Assembly: GCA_964016885.1 (NCBI GenBank)
Contig: CAXHJY010000616.1
Coordinates: 1 to 22,711, forward strand
DNA: 22,711 bases
Source: Eledone cirrhosa
Taxonomy: Eukaryota
Direction: 5' to 3'
The notes under the pieces are model-generated. The model had not been told where the DNA came from and searched no databases. It saw nothing but the letters and a program-made list of their open reading frames with translations. Shown here one piece after another: positions 12,286-22,711 of this stretch (its first letter is position 1; every line of letters begins with the position of its first letter). A program made the position numbers and the translations under genes.

Positions 12286-12945
12286 ATATATATATATATA
12301 TATATATACTATATATATAATATATACTATATATATAATATATACTATATATATAATATATACTATATATATAATATATACTATATATATAATATATACT
12401 ATATATATAATATATATTATATATATAATATATACTATATATATAATATATACTATATATATAATATATATTATATATATAATATATACTATATATATAA
12501 TATATACTATATATATAATATATACTATATATATAATATATACTATATATATAATATATACTATATATATATATACTATATATATATATACTATATATAC
12601 TATATATATACTATATATATAATATATACTATATATATATATATACTATATATATAATATACTATATATATATATACTATATATACTATATATATACTAT
12701 ATATATAATATATACTATATATATATATATACTATATATATAATATATACTATATATACTATATATATATATACTATATATATATATACTATATATATAA
12801 TATATACTATATATATAATATATACTATATATATAATATATATATAATATATACTATATATATATATATACTATATATATATACATATATATATATACAT
12901 ATATATATATATACTATATATATATATATACTATATATATATATA

Positions 12946-12990
<45 letters not shown>

Positions 12991-13002
12991 CTATATATAT
13001 AC

Positions 13003-13034
<32 letters not shown>

Positions 13035-13368
13035 CTATATATATACTATATATACTATATATATACTATATATATATATATATATATACTATATATACTA
13101 TATATATACTATATATATATATATATATACTATATATATATATATATATACTATATATATATATATATATATACTATATATATATATATATATATACTAT
13201 ATATATATATATATATATACTATATATATATATATATATACTATATATATATATATATATATATATACTATATATATATATATATATATACTATATATAT
13301 ATATATATATATATACTATATATATATATAGTATATATATATATATATATATATAGTATATATATATA

Positions 13369-13399
<31 letters not shown>

Positions 13400-13411
13400 T
13401 ATATATATATA

Positions 13412-13482
<71 letters not shown>

Positions 13483-13521
13483 TATATATATATATATATA
13501 GTATATATATATATATATATA

Positions 13522-13563
<42 letters not shown>

Positions 13564-13585
13564 TATATATATATATATATATATA

Positions 13586-13680
<95 letters not shown>

Positions 13681-13692
13681 TATATATATATA

Positions 13693-13752
<60 letters not shown>

Positions 13753-13770
13753 TATATATATATATATATA

Positions 13771-13808
<38 letters not shown>

Positions 13809-13830
13809 TATATATATATATATATATATA

Positions 13831-13866
<36 letters not shown>

Positions 13867-14294
13867 TATATATATATATATATATATATACTATATATAT
13901 ATATATATATAATATATACTATATATATAATATATACTATATATATATACTATATATATATACTATATATATATATACTATATATATATATATACTATAT
14001 ATATATACTATATATATATATACTATATATATATATACTATATATATATATATACTATATATATATATACTATATATATATACTATATATATATACTATA
14101 TATATATACTATATATATATACTATATATATATACTATATATATATACTATATATATATACTATATATATATACTATATATATATACTATATATATATAC
14201 TATATATATATACTATATATATATATATATATATATACTATATATATATATATATATACTATATATATATATATATACTATATATATATATATA

Positions 14295-14334
<40 letters not shown>

Positions 14335-14506
14335 TATATATATATATATATATATATACTATATATATATATACTATATATATATATACTATATATATAT
14401 ATATATACACTATATATATATATATATATATACTATATATATATATATATATATATATACTATATATATATATATATATACTATATATATATATATATAT
14501 ATATAC

Positions 14507-14559
<53 letters not shown>

Positions 14560-14581
14560 CTATATATATATATATATATAT
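12286..14581. repeat. 2.3-kb (TA)n/TAC(TA)n microsatellite array
   Basis: Directly visible; a TAG-oriented block lies at ~13331-13522. Confidence 0.95.
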
Positions 14582-15152
14582 AAATAGGAATAGGCTCACT
14601 GCCTCTAATACCACCGTAAACCCCGGAGCCACCCAACAGAACCAGCACGCGGGACGCACCGGAACCCGAACAGGCCCAACTAGCACACCGGAACACAACG
14701 ACCCTGTGCTGATTGGGGCTTAAGAAGTCATGTAATTGCAAAGACCCATCACTATGCCCCCTTAGTAATGAATGCATGACGAAAAACGTAGTCTACATGT
14801 GCAAGGTCACAACCCCTAACTCGGACACCATTACATAGGATCCACAGCGACGAGCTTCAAAGATCGGTGGTATAACCATCGCCATTCCTTTAACAGAATA
14901 GATAAGAGGAAATGTACGGCCCCTTCTGAATTGATCTGGAAGCTCAAACTTGAAAAGACCCCGCACTCTCTGGTCTGGTCCGTGGTTAGAAAGGTTCCCC
15001 CAGACAGAGACGGGTCTGGTATTTGCAACCTCTGTCTTAGTGAGACACTCGAGATACTTCATGGCGAAACCAAGCTATTAAACAGAAGGGCCGACTTATT
15101 CGCTACCTGCAGACACTTAAGGACGGGAACTTTCCTCAAGCTATATGGATAA
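14582..15152 (+). mobile_element. Penelope-like retroelement 3' fragment: GIY-YIG endonuclease pseudogene
   Basis: CNCKDPSLCPLSNECMTKNVVYMCKV...(frameshift ~14831)YIGSTATSFKDRWYNHRHSF...ELIWKLK...W...CNLCLSE..LLNRR..TCRH. VVY-YIG, the catalytic R and Cys/His motifs fit a PLE C-terminal endonuclease. Confidence 0.88.
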
Positions 15153-15350
15153 ACCCCGGTTAAGGCCTGCCACAACGCCCCCCCCCCTGTAGGTCCCCTA
15201 CACCCCGTACCAATGACCAATGGACAACAACAACCATATTAACTACAACATTTCTTGGAGGATACAACATTTCTTGGAGGAAGGTTTCCAACGCCTCTCC
15301 TTACCTTAATTCTTCCCTATCCAGAACATGTAATCTCTGCCTAGCGGAGA

Positions 15351-15834
15351 AATTTAACATTATCTCTAATTTTAATTCTATAATAAATAGACGTACGAAT
15401 TTATTTTCGCTCTGCTTGCATAAATCCCATAGAACTTTTCATAAAGTATACAGCTAATATCTTACTACCTAATTAGTTTTAAAATCTTTTCTCAAACGCT
15501 TTTATATATTTTACAAATATACCCATCTTTCTACCTTATTTCAGTATATTATACAATATTACTCATACTATGTCGTTAGCGGTCCCCTAATTTACCATTA
15601 TCTCTAATTTTAATTCTATAATAAATAGTCGTACGGATTCATTTTCGCACTGCTTGCATAAATCCCATAGAACTTTCCATAAAGTATACAGCTAATATCT
15701 TACTACCTAATTAGTTTAAAACCTTCTTTTTCTCAAACGCTTTTATATTTTTTACAAATATACCCATCTTTCTACCTTATTTCAATATATTATATAATAT
15801 TACTCATACTATGTCGTTAGCGGTCCCCTAATTT
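15351..15834. repeat. Tandem direct duplication of a ~240-bp AT-rich unit
   Basis: 15351-15588 and 15589-15829 are highly similar and both end GTCGTTAGCGGTCCCCT. Confidence 0.93.
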
Positions 15835-16026
15835 TCTTCTTTTATAATTTCTAATCTTCAATCTACAACTTTTACTTCTCAATTACTTCTTAATTCATGT
15901 TATAACTCACTATAGCATTTTCCTTATATTCTCGGCCATACAAATTTTTATTTTTAATATATACTAATATTACCATTAGAGAAATTTTGTAAACATATTT
16001 TTTTGACGTTATATTTTTTTTTCCTT

Positions 16027-16210
16027 GGTGGTGGATTGGCAGTATCGGTAGAGGGTCTGACGCCATGCTCTGCAGCAAAGAGTTACGGCCCTTTATGGTC
16101 TAAGTTCAAATTCAGCCGAGGTTAACTTTGCCTTTCATCCTTACGGGTAGATAAAATAAAGTACCAGTAATGTACTGTTAATTGCTGGCCTAGTGCCAAA
16201 AGTAGAAACA
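16027..16210 (+). mobile_element. tRNA-derived SINE (MESC/Meta-domain-like), partly deleted
   Basis: A box-like TGGCAGTATCGG, B box AGTTCAAATTC, then GCCGAGGTTAACTTTGCCTTTCATCCTTACGGG..GATAAAATAAAGTACCAGT, recalled as a mollusc SINE central domain. Confidence 0.7.
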
Positions 16211-17124
16211 GTTATATTTTTTTCTTCCTTGAATCTCTTCTTTCTTCTCTCCTTCCGTGCTTGTATTAAATCTATTATTTACTTTTTTCTATTACAATAT
16301 ATAGAAACAAACTTGGACCCTAATTAATTCCTCTAAGTTCATAATTCATTTAATCTTATCTTCATTCACCGTATCTTCTTAATATATTTTATTTTCATAA
16401 TACATTTTAATAAATTCCTTTTCGCACATCTTATTAAACCCTTCAATATATAAACCTTAAATAAATAGTATTCTTAATTCCTTTTCTTTAATCATAAGCA
16501 TCACCATTCATAAATCTCATTAACTTTTAATTTCTTTTTTTTTTTTAAATTATGTATTATCTTACAACAGTTTTTTGTAAATTTCTCTCTGTGAGACAGT
16601 GTTTCTCAGTATTAAAGGTTATCTGTCTCTCTCTCACTAATTTTCTCTATACTATATATATATATAAATATACTATATATATATATATATATATATATAC
16701 TATATATATATATATATATACTATATATATATATATAAATATACTATATATATATAAATATACTATATATATATACTATATATATATATATAGTATATTT
16801 ATATACTATATATATTTTCTTTATATACTATATATATATTCTTTAAATCCATCAACCATGACTGACCCCCCAACGATCTTATAGACACCTGAAGTCTAGG
16901 CATTGTTAGCTTAAGAAAAACTTAAAAATAAGGAGTGGCACCTCATTCTGAACTTGTTTATAGAATTCTTTCTGCCTTTGTTACTCTAAATATTTTATAG
17001 CTGTAAAGAATTAGCTTTTAATGAATTCCCTTTTCTATCAACCAATGACCTCTACCCATCCCACTCCCTACCTTCTCCTACCACCTGAAGAGACCTATAA
17101 ATACCATATTTATTTTTTGATACC

Positions 17125-17177
17125 CAGATTACTGATGATTTCTAAAGAATGAAACAGTTCTAGTCCTGTAGAATCTC
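17125..17177 (+). ncRNA. Candidate type I hammerhead ribozyme
   Basis: AGATT-a-CTGATGA-tTTCtaaaGAAt-GAAACAG-ttctagtc-CTGT-A-g-AATCT. Core, stem III and GUA triplet are intact; mismatches close stems I and II. Confidence 0.62.
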
Positions 17178-17533
17178 ATATATATACTATATATATATAC
17201 TATATATATATAAATATACTATATATATATATATATATATAAATATACTATATACATATATAAATATACTATATATATATATAAATATATTATATACATA
17301 TATATATAAATATATTATATACATATATAAATATACTATATACATATATAAATATACTATATATATATATAAATATACTATATATATATATAAATATACT
17401 ATATATATATAAATATACTATATACATATATAAATATACTATATATATATAAATATACTATATAAAAACAAATAACGAAACGAAATTAAATTTCGTTTCG
17501 TTTGTAACTCACTTTTGTATGACTGACGCTTAA

Positions 17534-17980
17534 ACAATTAAGTTAAAAATGTACATCCACATATGTATATTGAAATACTAGTATGCATATGAATACACAC
17601 ACGTGTACATATGTAGATGTACCGAGTTTTTCACTGGACACTTTACTGTGAGTGTTCAGCTATTCTGTATGTAAACACACAGACAAACCGGTTTATAGAG
17701 TCATACTGGTTTTCGAGGAAACACCTTTCCTCTATTCTCCAGAAAGCCAGACAGTATTCCTGTCTGGCTTTCTGGAGAATAGAGGAAAGGTGTTTCCTCG
17801 AAAACCAGTATGACTCTAAAAACCGGTTTGTCTGTGTGTTTACATACAGAATAGCTGAACACTCACAGTAAAGTGTCGAGTGAAAAACTCGGTACATCTA
17901 CATATGTACACGTGTGTGTATTCATATGCATACTAGTATTTCAGTATACATATGTGGATGTACATTTTAAACTTAATTGT
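17534..17980. repeat. 447-bp near-perfect palindrome (221-bp arms, 5-nt loop)
   Basis: 17534-17754 versus the reverse complement of 17760-17980, about 4 mismatches. The mirror ORFs 17617..17871 and 17643..17897 confirm the symmetry. Confidence 0.97.
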
Positions 17981-18451
17981 ATACTATATACATATATAAA
18001 TATACTATATATATATATAAATATACTATATACATATATATATATACTATATATATATATAAATATACTATATATATATATATATATAAATATACTATAT
18101 ACATATATATATATAAATATACTATATACATATATATATATATATACTATATATATATATAAATATACTATATATAAATATACTATATACATATATATAT
18201 ATATATACTATATATATATATAAATATACTATATATAAATATACTATATACATATATATATATATACTATATATATATATAAATATACTATATATATATA
18301 TATATACTATATATATATATATATATATAAATATACTATATATATATATAAATATACTATATATATATATATACTATATATATATATATATATATACTAT
18401 ATATATATATATACTATATATATATATATATATATACTATATATATATATA

Positions 18452-18491
<40 letters not shown>

Positions 18492-18901
18492 TATATATAT
18501 AAATACTATATATATATATAAATATACTATATATATATATATACTATATATATATATATATATACTATATATATATATAAATATACTATATATATATATA
18601 TATATATATATAGATACATATATATATATAAATACTATATAGATATAGAGAGATACATATATATATAAATACTATATATAGAGAGAGAGATACATATATA
18701 TATATATATAAATACTTATATATATATAGAGAGAGATACAATATATATATATATAAATACTTATATATATATATAAATACTATATATATATATATAAATA
18801 CTATATATATATATATATATATAAATAAATACTATATATATATATAAATACTATATATATATAAATACTATATATATATATAAATACTATATATATATAA
18901 A

Positions 18902-18938
<37 letters not shown>

Positions 18939-19114
18939 AATACTATATATATAAATACTATATATATAAATAATATATATATATATATTTAAATACTATA
19001 TATATAAATACTATATATATAAATACTATATATATAAATAATATATATATATATATTTAAATACTATATATATAAATAATATATATATATATATATTTAA
19101 ATACTATATATATA

Positions 19115-19175
<61 letters not shown>

Positions 19176-19187
19176 CGATATATATAT

Positions 19188-19226
<39 letters not shown>

Positions 19227-19365
19227 AATACTATATATATATATATATATATAAATACTATATATATATATATATATATATAAATACTATATATATATAA
19301 ATACTATATATATATATAAATACTATATATATATATATAAATACTATATATATATATATATATAT
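17981..19365. repeat. (TA)n array with AAATA(TA)CTATA variant units
   Basis: Directly visible. Confidence 0.95.
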
Positions 19366-19428
19366 TAGAAAGTGAGGTTTTTTTAAAATGAAAAATAACC
19401 GAGGTGTCCTACACGAGTGAAAGTATAA

Positions 19429-21960
<2,532 letters not shown>

Positions 21961-22002
<42 letters not shown>

Positions 22003-22265
22003 TATATATATATATATAGTACTATATATATATATAATACTATATATAATATAATACTATATATATATATAATACTATATATAATATAATACTATATATA
22101 TAAATATATAAATACTATATATATATATATATAAATACTATATATATATATATAAATACTATATATATATATATATATAAATACTATATATATATATATA
22201 TATATATATACTATATATATATATATATATATATATACTATATATATATACTATATATATATATA

Positions 22266-22296
<31 letters not shown>

Positions 22297-22439
22297 CTAT
22301 ATATATATATATATATATATATACTATATATATATATATACTATATATATATATATAAATACTATATATATATATATACTATATATATATATATATAAAT
22401 ACTATATATATATATATACTATATATATATATATATAAA

Positions 22440-22487
<48 letters not shown>

Positions 22488-22711
22488 TATATATATATAT
22501 ATATATATATAAATACTATATATATATATATACTATATATATATATATATATACTATATATATATATATATAAATACTATATATATATATATATAAATAC
22601 TATATATATATATATAAAATACTATATATATATATATATATAAATACTATATATATATATAATACTATATATATATATATATAAATACTATATATATATA
22701 TATATTAATAC
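21961..22711. repeat. (TA)n array with AAATACTATA variants
   Basis: Directly visible. Confidence 0.95.

Noticed and set aside
16210-16645. AT-rich stretch as a possible degraded ORF
   Set aside because: No recognisable motif on either strand by eye; left unassigned.
17617-17897. Two near-identical antiparallel 84-aa ORFs
   Set aside because: A by-product of the palindrome, with no recognisable domain.

Overview
Gene-free, repeat-saturated, AT-rich animal genomic DNA. The repeat spectrum (RTE LINEs with (GAT)n tails, CORE- and MESC/Meta-like tRNA SINEs, very long (TA)n arrays) suggests a mollusc, probably an octopod cephalopod; this is inference only. Long (TA)n arrays are interspersed with decayed mobile elements: several RTE-clade LINE pieces, a mariner 3' half, a non-autonomous Helitron with a Pif1-helicase remnant, a U2 snRNA pseudogene fused to a CORE-SINE with an RTE-type tail, and two head-to-head Penelope-like (GIY-YIG) fragments. 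There are also many fold-back palindromes. The most notable observations are (1) a C4HC3 PHD-type zinc finger inside the reverse transcriptase of the RTE element, (2) degenerate type I hammerhead-ribozyme cores in short non-coding islands and palindromes embedded in TA arrays, suggesting non-autonomous Penelope-derived fold-back elements, and (3) the Helitron|U2|SINE|RTE-tail|Penelope chain. No intact host protein-coding gene is supported. Most listed ORFs are microsatellite artefacts.
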